Position numbers and translations under genes: made by a program
In this document: piece after piece, positions 8,883-18,816 of the stretch
Layout of the letters: the number at the start of each line of letters is the position of its first letter
Numbering within the stretch: the stretch's first letter is position 1
The notes under the pieces: model-generated
Seen by the model: the letters and a program-made list of their open reading frames with translations, nothing else
Told to the model about the DNA's origin: nothing
Databases searched by the model: none
Sequence record: NC_047713.1
Direction: 5' to 3' (one strand)
Length of the DNA: 64,000 nucleotides

Positions 8883-11764
8883 TCACACCGAAGTCCCTAC
8901 TATCATTCCTATCTGAAGCCGCTGATTCTGAGGCTGCACAACAGGCTAAGGAGATGGGTTTAACCTCTGCCGGTTATGGTAACTGGAGAGATAGGACGGG
9001 CAATGTTGTTGCCAAAACTGTAGATGGTCAGTTGGTAATGATTGATGCCAAGGCAGATCCTATGGCTAGACCAGAGGCGCCTGGGGAGGAAATGCCACCT
9101 GAAGAGGAGGAGGAGCCCCAGTTTGTAGAACCAGATCCAGATATGGTTGAGAAAGTAGCTAAGGGTCTTTCTGGTGGTAGATATAATATTGCATCAGCAC
9201 AGAGGAAGAAAGAGTTACTGGCTTCTGCTAGACAGATATTAATCAATAAACAGATCCAAGACGCTCAGATGCAGGCTGACGCTGATGCTCAGGCAGCGGC
9301 ACAAAACCCACCAGAACCCACTCCAGAGGAGTTGGAACAACAACAGGCAGATATGGAACTACAGCAACAGAATGCTGTAATGGATACCGAACTTAAGGCA
9401 CAGAGTGTTGAGAATGGGAAACTGGACCTTCAGATGAAGAAGGACCAGATGAAGCAACAGAAGGAGGCAGAGAAAGAAGCCAAGGCTATGGATAAGTTAG
9501 CCAAGAAGGCAGAAGCACAGAAACAAGCAGAAGCCGATGCACAGGCTCAAGCAGAAGCCGATGCACAGGCTCAAGCGGAAGTTGAAGCAGCCCAACCAAC
9601 TCCAGAGGAGATGGAACAGGAGAAGAGAGATGTTGAAGCAAAGACTGCCGGTGACGCTCTTATCAAGGCATTGCAATCTGGTGATACTAAGGCAGAGAAG
9701 AAGGTAGTTGAGAAGTTCAGAAAGAGAAATGCTCCTAAACCAGAACCTAAGAAGGAGGCATCAGTTCCTGGTGGTGAAGGAACGGCATTTAGTGACCTAA
9801 GAGATTCATTCAGTCAGTTACTAGAGTCTGGTGAGCTCAATAATAAGAAGGGTGAGATTAGTAACCAACAGTATGCTAAACTCAAGGAGAGGTTGGAGAA
9901 CCCAACAGTGGCTCAGATGGCTTCTGAGTTTATGGATGAGCACCGTAAGTTATACTCTAAAGAGAATATTCGTAACTTTGAAAAGACAGGAACTTTCAAG
10001 GATGTTGATGGTGCTATGTCCTTTATGGAAAATACCCTAGGTATGGTTAGGAACAAGAAGGGTAGATTGGTATTTGGTGATTTGACTCCAGCACAGAGAA
10101 TTGCTATGGGGGATAGTCCTGGTGAGGGTGTGGGTTTCCGTGAGTTCCGTGGAATGGATTTCTATCAACAACAGGCACTTCAAGACCCCAAAGTTAGAGG
10201 TATTCTTGACAATGTTATTGGTGGCACAGCACAACCAGAGATTACCTACAATGACAGAAGAAACTTCCAACAGGGTTATTTAAAGAATAATATCAGTACT
10301 GAAGATGCTAGATCCATCTATGACCAGTTAGATCCTAAGATTCAGAGAGCTATTGATAATATGGGACAACCTGAGAGAGCTCAGGGTATCTTTGCTCCTG
10401 ATGCTGGATCCACACTTGAGTACTTTCAAGATGGTGGTAAGATGTCCGGTGATACTGATCTCGATATGATGATGAATGACCCAGAATCAAGAGAGGAATT
10501 CCTATCAAACTTCACCACAACTAGAGCTCCTGACCAAGAACGGGGTGTTATGGTCCTTCAGAGACTCCTAAACACGGGGTTTAAGGACCAAGCTACTGGT
10601 CTTCCTCTGTTTGGTGGTCTAAGAGCTGTAACTGCTGATCATGTTGTTGGTAGAAGGCAGGCATCTAATGACCCCCTCGACTATCCTCTAAACTTGGCAT
10701 TTGTTGCCAGAAACCTAAACCAGTTCAAGAGTGGAAACTCCGCTCAGTATGGTGATGATAGTTTCAACAAACTAGTCAATAGTGACAATACAAACATATT
10801 TGAGAGAAACTTCGACCCAGAAACTGCTTGGTATGCCAAGAGACTCCTAGATAGTCACTTTGAATCTGATAGACTAGAGAAAATGATGGGTATTGAACCA
10901 GCTGATTCTGGTCCAGAAGCTGTCTTCCCTGACACAGTACAGGCTCTAGAGACTGTAGATAGTAAATTCGTTGAGAACTTAGCTAAGAGGGGTGGTGCAA
11001 CTAACCCACTAGGACTAAACATCGCAAACCTAACCAAAGCTCCACCAAGACCTCAAGGTAAAGGTGAGCAACAACTAGGTAAGAACACCTGGAGAGGTAC
11101 ATCTGGTAACGGATATGGTGGAACTCAACAATATCTTGATGGATATCGTAAATCTGCTATCTACAATGTGATGCAGAGTCCTGACCTTAATACTGAAATT
11201 GATCTCCTCAAACAGAAGATGCAAGGTAAGCCACCAGCTAAGATTGAAGAGGAGATCAGGAAGGCTAGAACCAAGTATGCTGAAAAGTATATTAAGATTC
11301 CACAACAGGGTATCAGTTCTATCTACGGACTTGGTAGAATATCCAATAAGGAGTATGTAGATTGGTTCAGAAACCAGGGTATGAAGGGTCTAGAGGGTAT
11401 GAAAGAGACCAATCCTGATATGTATAATAAGATGGTCCTGGACCTTAACAACGGTCTTGACAAGTGGGAGAAGAAGTTAGGTTCTATGGTTAATGGTGAC
11501 AGACCCTATGAGTTCCCACAGGGGGATCCAAAGGTCCTAAAGTCAATGAACGATGAGTGGGGTAGGCAGGCTATGAAGTCCGCTGAGGCTAGGAAGTACC
11601 TATCCGAAGAGGAGATCAACCGTTTCTACGAAACCATTAAGAATCCTGAAGATTGGGCAGAGCCTATGGGTGAGGGGTTGACAAACGACTCCGGGTCTGT
11701 TATACTAGAGAGGTTAAAGCGACTGAGGAAACCTCTAAATGCCACAGAAGACAGACAGTCTTAA
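8879..11764 (+). CDS. 961-aa protein: N-terminal module shared with the nucleotidyltransferase, Q/E/A coiled coil, and internal HNH-like segment
   Basis: N-terminus SFLSEA..AKEMGLTSAGYGNW; internal DQATGLP..TADHVVG..NLAFVARNLNQFK. Confidence 0.7.
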   Translation: MITPKSLLSFLSEAADSEAAQQAKEMGLTSAGYGNWRDRTGNVVAKTVDGQLVMIDAKADPMARPEAPGEEMPPEEEEEPQFVEPDPDMVEKVAKGLSGGRYNIASAQRKKELLASARQILINKQIQDAQMQADADAQAAAQNPPEPTPEELEQQQADMELQQQNAVMDTELKAQSVENGKLDLQMKKDQMKQQKEAEKEAKAMDKLAKKAEAQKQAEADAQAQAEADAQAQAEVEAAQPTPEEMEQEKRDVEAKTAGDALIKALQSGDTKAEKKVVEKFRKRNAPKPEPKKEASVPGGEGTAFSDLRDSFSQLLESGELNNKKGEISNQQYAKLKERLENPTVAQMASEFMDEHRKLYSKENIRNFEKTGTFKDVDGAMSFMENTLGMVRNKKGRLVFGDLTPAQRIAMGDSPGEGVGFREFRGMDFYQQQALQDPKVRGILDNVIGGTAQPEITYNDRRNFQQGYLKNNISTEDARSIYDQLDPKIQRAIDNMGQPERAQGIFAPDAGSTLEYFQDGGKMSGDTDLDMMMNDPESREEFLSNFTTTRAPDQERGVMVLQRLLNTGFKDQATGLPLFGGLRAVTADHVVGRRQASNDPLDYPLNLAFVARNLNQFKSGNSAQYGDDSFNKLVNSDNTNIFERNFDPETAWYAKRLLDSHFESDRLEKMMGIEPADSGPEAVFPDTVQALETVDSKFVENLAKRGGATNPLGLNIANLTKAPPRPQGKGEQQLGKNTWRGTSGNGYGGTQQYLDGYRKSAIYNVMQSPDLNTEIDLLKQKMQGKPPAKIEEEIRKARTKYAEKYIKIPQQGISSIYGLGRISNKEYVDWFRNQGMKGLEGMKETNPDMYNKMVLDLNNGLDKWEKKLGSMVNGDRPYEFPQGDPKVLKSMNDEWGRQAMKSAEARKYLSEEEINRFYETIKNPEDWAEPMGEGLTNDSGSVILERLKRLRKPLNATEDRQS
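9524..9576 (+). repeat. 24-bp coding tandem repeat (x2.2)
   Basis: CAAGCAGAAGCCGATGCACAGGCT repeated exactly; encodes QAEADAQA. Confidence 0.9.
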
Positions 11765-12248
11765 TGCCAGCAAAAGTGGACAAAGGTTTGAGGTTAGGGG
11801 GAGAGAACTATTCGAAAGACTAGGTTATCCTGTCTTACATCTTAAGAAACAGTTTGTTGAAAGAGATTTGGACTATTATAAGTTATTCAGAATCTCAAAC
11901 CATCCTTTTTTAGAACTTGGATATAAAAACAGCTTTAATGTTGATGGTTATTCTCCAGATTTAAAATGTATTTTGGAACTAAAAGGAACAAAACAAGAAG
12001 CAGGAACAGCTCAAGAGAAAATTGGATGGGACTATTGGAAAATAATTGAAGGTGTGTATGCAACAACAGGATGTCATCTTCTTTATATCTTTCAGGGATG
12101 TATGGAAAAACATCCTTGTGCAATTGCTTTTGAGAACCAATTAAAGAAAAGTGGCGTCAAGGGTGTTACTATACTCAAAGAGTCTGAAATTACAAAGGAA
12201 GTACTTGACAACCTCAAAAAAGTGTGTTATAATAATAGATCAGTATAG
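11739..12248 (+). CDS. PD-(D/E)xK nuclease-like protein (restriction-endonuclease-like)
   Basis: NASKSGQRFE, VDGY...ILELKG..AGTAQEK; directly upstream of a methyltransferase. Confidence 0.65.
   Translation: MPQKTDSLNASKSGQRFEVRGRELFERLGYPVLHLKKQFVERDLDYYKLFRISNHPFLELGYKNSFNVDGYSPDLKCILELKGTKQEAGTAQEKIGWDYWKIIEGVYATTGCHLLYIFQGCMEKHPCAIAFENQLKKSGVKGVTILKESEITKEVLDNLKKVCYNNRSV
12205..12233 (+). promoter_or_regulatory. Consensus sigma70 promoter inside the nuclease 3' end, positioned for the MTase
   Basis: TTGACA (12205-12210), 17 nt, TATAAT (12228-12233). Confidence 0.8.
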
Positions 12249-13136
12249 GTGATTATGGTAAAACCTTTGTTTAAATGGACAGGCGGCAAGAACCGCCTAC
12301 TTGAGAAATATACCAACCTAAACTTCTTCCCAGACCCATCATCATTTGACACTTTCATCGACCTCTTCACGGGGGGATCGGCAGTGTCACTTTGGGTTGC
12401 TGAGAGATATCCAGATAAGAAACTTATTATCAATGATCTGAATACCGAACTGGTTACGATGTATCTTCACATTCGTAATGAGTGGGATAAGTTTCTACCA
12501 TACTATGAGAAGTATGTTGCTGAGTTTATGGTGGGTGACCCCATAGAGAGGAAAGAGAGATACGATAGTTATAAACCAGTATATGCTTTTCAGTATGAGA
12601 AGTATGACCCCATTGAGATTTCAGCACTTCTACTTGTGATGTTGAAGACAAACTTCAATGGTATCTGGAAAAACTATATTAAGTGGAATACAAGATACTC
12701 CACACCAGCAGGGACTATGACATATAAATCACGCCTGTTTGATGTCGGTCATCTCATGCAGTTTCGTGATATTCTCCGAAGGGCTGAAGTTCTAAACCTT
12801 TCATATGAGAAAGTAGATATCCCCAGTAAGTCCTGGGTATTTGCTGATCCACCATATCGAGATAGTGGGAAGATGTATTCTGACCAGTTCGATGATGATG
12901 ACCAAAAGAAACTAGCAGAGTTCCTTAAAAGTAAAGACTGTTTATACGCTGAGTCCAATAAAGAGATAGGTGATGAGTTCTGGAACAAACTATATCCAGA
13001 AGACAACATCAACTATCTTGATCACAAATACACTTGTGGTCAAGGTGACTCAACTAAACATGTAACTGAAGTTCTTATAAAGAACTATGGGAATAATATC
13101 CCACAACCTACAAACCTTGATTCCTTTTTTAACTGA
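12249..13136 (+). CDS. Second DNA adenine methyltransferase (Dam-like)
   Basis: KPLFKWTGGK, DLFTGGSAV, FADPPY; GTG start. Confidence 0.88.
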   Translation: MIMVKPLFKWTGGKNRLLEKYTNLNFFPDPSSFDTFIDLFTGGSAVSLWVAERYPDKKLIINDLNTELVTMYLHIRNEWDKFLPYYEKYVAEFMVGDPIERKERYDSYKPVYAFQYEKYDPIEISALLLVMLKTNFNGIWKNYIKWNTRYSTPAGTMTYKSRLFDVGHLMQFRDILRRAEVLNLSYEKVDIPSKSWVFADPPYRDSGKMYSDQFDDDDQKKLAEFLKSKDCLYAESNKEIGDEFWNKLYPEDNINYLDHKYTCGQGDSTKHVTEVLIKNYGNNIPQPTNLDSFFN

Positions 13137-13138
13137 TT

Positions 13139-13831
13139 ATGCAAAAGAAAAACCGTATCTCCCACGAAGAAGAAATCAAACTATGTCGTCAGGCACAACT
13201 ACATGATCATACATCCAAGTATGCTATGACCAAAATGGTCAACGCTAATATTGGGTTGGTTGAGAAGATTGCTAACAAACTTTACATCAAGAATGACCAA
13301 TACTCTTTTGACGATCTATACCAGGAGGGTGTATTTGGTCTTATAAGAGGCGTGAATAAGTTTGATCCTTCTGTTGGTTGTAGGTTCTCCACATATTCTT
13401 ACTACTGGATCTATAGTTATATCATGAGGTATTGTGAGAATAACCTAGGTAAGATCCGTATTCCCACTCACCTCCGTGAGAAAATGAGGAAACAGAAAGA
13501 TAATAAGGTAGAGTTGGATAGACTAAAGTCCAAAGTCCCGTCAGTAGTATCACTGAATACTCTTGTGGGTGAATCACTATCCTTGGATAATGTAGTTACA
13601 TACACCGAGAATATCTCATTTGATGATGAGATGGAACATGTTTTGGTTGTTATGAATGAGGTTTTGGATGAAAGAGAACATCAGGTTCTCTGTAGTAGGT
13701 TTGGTATTGGCGGTGAGAAACCTCTATCACAAAGAGAATGTGCCAAACTACACAATGTTACCCATGGTGCTATCTATTTGATTGAGAAGAAATCAATCAA
13801 GAAAATCAAACACCATATGGGGTATAAATAA
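13139..13831 (+). CDS. Sigma70-family RNA polymerase sigma factor
   Basis: Region 2 (ANIGLVEKIA..DDLYQEGVFGLIRGVNKFDP..RFSTYSYYWI) and region-4 HTH (LDEREHQVL..RFG..LSQRECA). Confidence 0.9.
   Translation: MQKKNRISHEEEIKLCRQAQLHDHTSKYAMTKMVNANIGLVEKIANKLYIKNDQYSFDDLYQEGVFGLIRGVNKFDPSVGCRFSTYSYYWIYSYIMRYCENNLGKIRIPTHLREKMRKQKDNKVELDRLKSKVPSVVSLNTLVGESLSLDNVVTYTENISFDDEMEHVLVVMNEVLDEREHQVLCSRFGIGGEKPLSQRECAKLHNVTHGAIYLIEKKSIKKIKHHMGYK
13823..13830 (+). promoter_or_regulatory. T4-type late promoter
   Basis: TATAAATA 17 nt upstream of ATG 13848. Confidence 0.75.
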
Positions 13832-13847
13832 TACTATAGTAGATTCT

Positions 13848-15065
13848 ATGGCGATGAGATCGTTTCTAACATTCCTAACCGAAGCTCGTTCTCGTGCATC
13901 CAAGAGAGCCAAAGAGTTGGGACTCACTGGCAATGGTCACGGTGGATGGGAAGATAACGAAGGTAACCTAGTCGCTATGACTGTGAAGGGTGATCTGGAG
14001 TTTGTGAAGGGAAGAGAACCCAAAGAGGAAGAAGAACCCGATGAAAAGACTTCTGCCCCTGAAGAGGAACCAACATCCAAATCACCAGCACCTGGAGAAG
14101 ATCCAGAGAATGTAGATACCCCACAGCAGGAAGAACCAGCACCAGTTCCCAAAGATAAGGGTATTCTAACTGTTGCTTTCGGTAGGTTTAATCCCCCCAC
14201 TATTGGGCATGAGAAGTTAATTAATACGGTAGCATCATATTCCGAGGATGGAGATTATATTATTGTTCCTTCCCGTAGTGAAGATAAGAAGAAGAATCCT
14301 CTAGATGTTGATACAAAAGTCAGCATCATGAGGCAGATGTATCCACAACATGCCGAGAAGATTGTTAACGATCCACATAACAGAACCATCTTTGATGTTA
14401 TGCGTAAGGCGCATAATGATGGTTACGCTGGTATTAGGATTGTTGGTGGTGGAGATAGAGTTAAGGAATATGAGAAGTTAGCCAACGCATATAACGGATC
14501 TACCTATCAGTTTGATGAAATTGATATAGTAAACGCTGGTGACAGGGATCCAGATGCGGAAGGTGCGGAAGGTATGTCTGCCTCCAAGATGAGAAAGGCG
14601 GCAGCTGATAATGACTTTGCTTCTTTTAGAAAGGGAATGCCAAAGACTCTCAGTAACGACCAGATGGTTTCTATCTACACTCAGGTTCAGAAGTCTATGG
14701 GTGTAACACCTAAGGAAGCTGTAATTGAAAACTGGAAAGTTGCTCCTAGACTGTATCCACAGGAACTGAGAGAGGCTTATATCCAAAACGAAATCTATAA
14801 TATTGGTGATACTGTCAGTCATGACACCACTGGTATGGTAGGTAAGATCGTAAGAAAGGGAACCAATCACCTCATTTGTGTAACAGAAAGTGAAGAGATG
14901 TTTAAGACCTGGACACAGGATGTGAGTCCTGCCGACCTAAAACCACAACCAGCAATCTCTACTCCAAAGGAGAGGGAAGTTGGAACAGATTCCCTCAGAT
15001 CTTTCCTTCAGAGAATCACTCCAGGGGAGAAAGAGCAATCCTTTATAAATAAACATAAGAAATAA
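13848..15065 (+). CDS. Cytidyltransferase-like (HxGH nucleotidyltransferase)
   Basis: AFGRFNPPTIGHEKL, GMSASKMR; start set at ATG 13848 after the late promoter. Confidence 0.85.
   Translation: MAMRSFLTFLTEARSRASKRAKELGLTGNGHGGWEDNEGNLVAMTVKGDLEFVKGREPKEEEEPDEKTSAPEEEPTSKSPAPGEDPENVDTPQQEEPAPVPKDKGILTVAFGRFNPPTIGHEKLINTVASYSEDGDYIIVPSRSEDKKKNPLDVDTKVSIMRQMYPQHAEKIVNDPHNRTIFDVMRKAHNDGYAGIRIVGGGDRVKEYEKLANAYNGSTYQFDEIDIVNAGDRDPDAEGAEGMSASKMRKAAADNDFASFRKGMPKTLSNDQMVSIYTQVQKSMGVTPKEAVIENWKVAPRLYPQELREAYIQNEIYNIGDTVSHDTTGMVGKIVRKGTNHLICVTESEEMFKTWTQDVSPADLKPQPAISTPKEREVGTDSLRSFLQRITPGEKEQSFINKHKK
15044..15051 (+). promoter_or_regulatory. T4-type late promoter
   Basis: TATAAATA upstream of 15085. 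Confidence 0.7.
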
Positions 15066-15084
15066 GACAGTTCCTTTTTAGAAG

Positions 15085-16581
15085 ATGGATTTCAACGTAA
15101 CCGAAGCTGTCGAGCTAATCGTATTGTTAGCCGAGACAGAACAGCTAACACTACAAGATGCTCTACAGGAGTTCCTATCAGAGACCGAATTGGACTCTGA
15201 AACGGCATCCCATCTAAAGGGTGCCCTCTTTGAGAAATATTCACTCAGAGAGATGGCTACTGACGCCGTAACAAACGCTATGATGAAAGTGTTTGTTAGT
15301 CGTCCAGTAGTAGAAGAGGAAGTGGAGACTCCTGATGGTAATCTCTATTTTGTAGAGGTTGAACTAGAGGAGGAAGTTCTAGAAGGTTATCTAACCCTAG
15401 AAGAAATCCAGAATATGAGAGTGGATGCTGATGTTCTATCCGTTAAGTTAGTTGATGAAGGTGTTCGTGACACTGACGCCGAGAAAGGAACAGAGGAAAG
15501 AAAGAAACGCCTTGAGAAGAAGCGTGGAATGAAGTTGGACGACCATCCTCAGTATCTGGAAACAGATATGAAGAAGCGTCAGGAGAATAACGAGAAGGCT
15601 CGTAAGGATATGGATAAAGTGAAGGGTCAGAAGAACCCCCACTTCGAAGAGTATGATATTTCTGAAGGTCGCAAAGAAGGTGAGTCTTCTAAAGATTACG
15701 CCGATAGAATGACTAAGAAGTATTCTGGTGGTAAGTCTAAGTCCTATGATCCCATGAAGGATAAGAACTTCGACCATGACAAGGCAGAAAGAACCCGTGG
15801 TTCTATGGAAGAAGGTCTAGATGCCGTAGGTGGCGAAGACGCTGACATTAATAACGATAATAAGGTTGATAAGACTGATAAGTATCTACACAATCGTCGT
15901 AAGGCTATCGGAAAGGCGATGAAGAAGGAATCAGCTTGGGCTGAGTATCTAAATCGTAGAGGAATCTCTGAGGAAGTATTCTCTGAAGGTGACCTAATTG
16001 ATGCAGGTCGTAAGAATGAGGGAGAAAGAAGGGGAAAAAAGATTACCGGGGAGGGTGTTGATAACTCCTCCTCTGTGAAGTTGATGCCTCGTATCGCTGA
16101 AGCTGCTATTATCACTGAGAAGTCAGAGAGTAAGTCACAACAGCGTCTCTTTGGTATGGTAAGAGCAGCTCAGAAGGGTGAGAAACCCGCCTCTGGTAAG
16201 GTTGCTGAACTAGCTTCTAAGGTTGGTAAGAAAGACGTTCTAGACTTCGCTAAGACAAAACACAAGGGTTTGAAAGAGAACTGTTGTGATAAGTGTGGCA
16301 CTCCTGATTGTACTTGTGATGAGAAGCCCAAGGCTAAGAAAAAGAAAGCTAAACTAGATGAAGCAGGGATGCCTATTCTAGAGTATTCTAGAAACAACGC
16401 TGAAGGTCCTACACCTGAAATGATTGATCCTCCAAAGGATGAAGAAGGTAAGAAGGGTGTAAAGAACCCTAAAGGTAAGGCTAAGAGACCTGGTGCAGGT
16501 GACAGAAGACCTAACGACGGTGGTTCCGAACTACCATTCGATATGGGAACCGTACCTGGTGGCGGCGGTTGTGGTTGCTAA
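15085..16581 (+). CDS. Charged late protein, probable virion/internal head protein
   Basis: Late promoter; very D/E/K-rich; recurrent xxE-G/A/S motifs. Confidence 0.55.
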   Translation: MDFNVTEAVELIVLLAETEQLTLQDALQEFLSETELDSETASHLKGALFEKYSLREMATDAVTNAMMKVFVSRPVVEEEVETPDGNLYFVEVELEEEVLEGYLTLEEIQNMRVDADVLSVKLVDEGVRDTDAEKGTEERKKRLEKKRGMKLDDHPQYLETDMKKRQENNEKARKDMDKVKGQKNPHFEEYDISEGRKEGESSKDYADRMTKKYSGGKSKSYDPMKDKNFDHDKAERTRGSMEEGLDAVGGEDADINNDNKVDKTDKYLHNRRKAIGKAMKKESAWAEYLNRRGISEEVFSEGDLIDAGRKNEGERRGKKITGEGVDNSSSVKLMPRIAEAAIITEKSESKSQQRLFGMVRAAQKGEKPASGKVAELASKVGKKDVLDFAKTKHKGLKENCCDKCGTPDCTCDEKPKAKKKKAKLDEAGMPILEYSRNNAEGPTPEMIDPPKDEEGKKGVKNPKGKAKRPGAGDRRPNDGGSELPFDMGTVPGGGGCGC

Positions 16582-16607
16582 ATAGTGATGTAGTTTTTAG
16601 GTATTAC

Positions 16608-16784
16608 ATGTCAAAAGTAGTGAGTCTACTCAAGCCAGCACTTCTCTGGTTACGTGATTCTACCGAAGTGAAGAAGTTAGTAATTGAACTCCTCCAGCGT
16701 TACGCTGAGAGTACGAAGACTGATGTTGATGATTTACTCGTCGCCACAGTCAGTAAAGCACTCCTCCCCGAAGGAGTTGAGTGA
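16608..16784 (+). CDS. Small conserved cyanophage hypothetical protein
   Basis: ATG 16608 in frame with the track ORF; CTAAATA upstream. Confidence 0.65.
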   Translation: MSKVVSLLKPALLWLRDSTEVKKLVIELLQRYAESTKTDVDDLLVATVSKALLPEGVE

Positions 16785-16957
16785 TGGAGTGTTTGTTAGT
16801 ATCCCATACTACGTTTTGGGTACTAACAGGCGCGTTACTTCTTTCTGAAGCTATCGGTGAAACCAAATGGATTAAATCCAATGGAATTTTGTCATTCATC
16901 TTTGAACTTTTAGAGCAACTAGCTCGTATAGTCCGAAAGGCACTATATCAACGTTAA
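16784..16957 (+). CDS. Small membrane protein (57 aa), holin-like candidate
   Basis: Hand-translated MECLLVSHTTFWVLTGALLLSEAIGETKWIKSNGILSFIF...; start overlaps the upstream stop. Confidence 0.5.
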   Translation: MECLLVSHTTFWVLTGALLLSEAIGETKWIKSNGILSFIFELLEQLARIVRKALYQR

Positions 16958-16990
16958 CCTAGGGGGTATTCAAAACCTTCTAGGTTTTTT
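16956..16990 (+). terminator. Rho-independent terminator
   Basis: AACCTAGGGGG...CCTTCTAGGTT plus T-run. Confidence 0.7.
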
Positions 16991-17036
16991 CTATATAAAT
17001 AAAACTACCGGATATTCACACTAAAGGAATCAACAA

Positions 17037-17843
17037 ATGGCACTCTGGGGAAACAAAGACAATTTATCAGGTCCAACTCCAGTTACTATTGTCGGCACAG
17101 CAACCTCCGAGTTTTGGACTGCTGCCGCAACTGGAATTGGCACTATCGCAACAGGAACAACCATCGTATTAGGTGATGGTGGTTCAGCAGGTTTTGCAGT
17201 CATCGAAGCAAGTTTGGGGGCAGACCTAGTAAAGGTTAACCACCTATCAGCACTTGCTGGATCTAACTCGGCTGTATATTCACTACAACCTATTTCACTT
17301 AAGAACGATCCTGGATACGCACCTACTTCAGCCGATGGCTCACTAGGACGTACTCAGAGACCAGTTGGTTTGAGTTCTGCAAACATGACAGCATCAGCTG
17401 GAACTGTGTGGGAAGCTGATCACAGTGGTTGGGTTGGAGTTACAACCTACATGGACAACTCAGCAACACCTCCAGTGATGCGTGTTAAGAAGGAAGTTCT
17501 AGTCGCTATGTCTGGTATTCAGACTGGTGGACGTGAGTATCCTGGTATGTTCAGTAACGCAGCTGCCGCAGTTGTTATTGGTGCAGCATCCGTAAGTGGT
17601 TCTGCCACACCTGTAGCACTCACACCATCAGCATATACAGTATCTACTGCTTCAGCAACCGCTGGTGACCTAACCTATGTTTGGTCTACTAACGATGGTT
17701 CTGCTACAATTACTGGTGGCACTACAACTACCGCTAACATTGGATTCAGTACAGCTGGTAGCTACAACGTTACTTGTACAGTTTCTTCTGGAACTGCCTC
17801 TGATTCACCATCAGCAGATACACTTGCAGTAGTCGCTAGCTGA
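17037..17843 (+). CDS. Virion structural protein with C-terminal PKD/Ig-like domain
   Basis: MALWGNKD start; late promoter TATAAATA 16994-17001; C-terminal LTYVWS...GSYNVTCTVS. Confidence 0.65.
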   Translation: MALWGNKDNLSGPTPVTIVGTATSEFWTAAATGIGTIATGTTIVLGDGGSAGFAVIEASLGADLVKVNHLSALAGSNSAVYSLQPISLKNDPGYAPTSADGSLGRTQRPVGLSSANMTASAGTVWEADHSGWVGVTTYMDNSATPPVMRVKKEVLVAMSGIQTGGREYPGMFSNAAAAVVIGAASVSGSATPVALTPSAYTVSTASATAGDLTYVWSTNDGSATITGGTTTTANIGFSTAGSYNVTCTVSSGTASDSPSADTLAVVAS

Positions 17844-17859
17844 TAACCAAGAGTAAGAG

Positions 17860-18243
17860 ATGAGATTTGACGAACTAAATGATGATAATTATCTCTTGTT
17901 TGCTATCAAGTTTTACGAGAACCCTCACGCGGTAACCCGTGATGATTTTGAGGATGATCTGAAGAAGATTAAGTATGTTAAACGTCTACTAAGACGTTAT
18001 AGAAATATGGGTGTGTTAAAAACGCACCTCATACTTAATCACTTGATAGTATTATTCAATGTATTTGGGGATGCTGCCGTTCCCCTCCTGTTCTATAACA
18101 TAGAAAAGGACCTATGGCCAGCACTGAAGGGGTTCCTTGTGTTTATGCACAAACTTCCTGAGTTTCCTAGGACACTTATGGATGAGGTTCCCTTAGACGA
18201 ATATTGCCTAGAACAACTGGAGAACATAGATGAGTCATCCTAA
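17860..18243 (+). CDS. Conserved T4-like hypothetical protein
   Basis: ORF track; FAIKFYENP...DDLKKIKYVKRLL. Confidence 0.75.
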   Translation: MRFDELNDDNYLLFAIKFYENPHAVTRDDFEDDLKKIKYVKRLLRRYRNMGVLKTHLILNHLIVLFNVFGDAAVPLLFYNIEKDLWPALKGFLVFMHKLPEFPRTLMDEVPLDEYCLEQLENIDESS

Positions 18244-18415
18244 ACTAGATATTCTAATAGAAGCCTTCAGGAAACTGAGGGAAGACGCAGGGATGACTGT
18301 AGGTGGTGGTAACATTGCCGGTATGCCTCCAGAAGATACTGATCCCCCTGTGGATCTAAAGAAGAAAAAGAAGAAGGTATTATCTACCTTCCGTAGAAGT
18401 TTACCCAACCAGTAG
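18230..18415 (+). CDS. Hypothetical protein
   Basis: ORF track. Confidence 0.6.
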   Translation: MSHPKLDILIEAFRKLREDAGMTVGGGNIAGMPPEDTDPPVDLKKKKKKVLSTFRRSLPNQ

Positions 18416-18422
18416 GAAATTT

Positions 18423-18809
18423 ATGTTCCAGAGGAATGACAATGTGAAATTGGCAGTCCTTGAGGAGAAACTAAGTACAACATCTGAAGTTATCTCCAAG
18501 CTTGATGAAAATATCGAGCAACTTAGTCATCTGAGTGTCAATGTCAGCAAAATGTTAGCTGTCCACGAAGAAAAGATAGAGGTTTCCAGAGAAGCCCACC
18601 TAGAAACTGAAAAGGAAATAGGGGAACTATCAGACAGATTAGAAGAAAAGTATAAATGTTTAGCTAAAAGACTCACTGCTTTGGAGTTTAGAGTCTGGAT
18701 GGCTGCGGGCGCCTTTGCTATTATAGGTATCTGCCTCCAAATTGGTATTATAGAGGGCGTCACATTATCCCAAAAGTCTGTTATAATGGAGGTGTCCCAG
18801 ACTGAGTGA
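18423..18809 (+). CDS. Coiled-coil protein with C-terminal transmembrane helix
   Basis: Heptad-like body; VWMAAGAFAIIGICLQIG. Confidence 0.7.
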   Translation: MFQRNDNVKLAVLEEKLSTTSEVISKLDENIEQLSHLSVNVSKMLAVHEEKIEVSREAHLETEKEIGELSDRLEEKYKCLAKRLTALEFRVWMAAGAFAIIGICLQIGIIEGVTLSQKSVIMEVSQTE

Positions 18810-18816
18810 ATACTGA

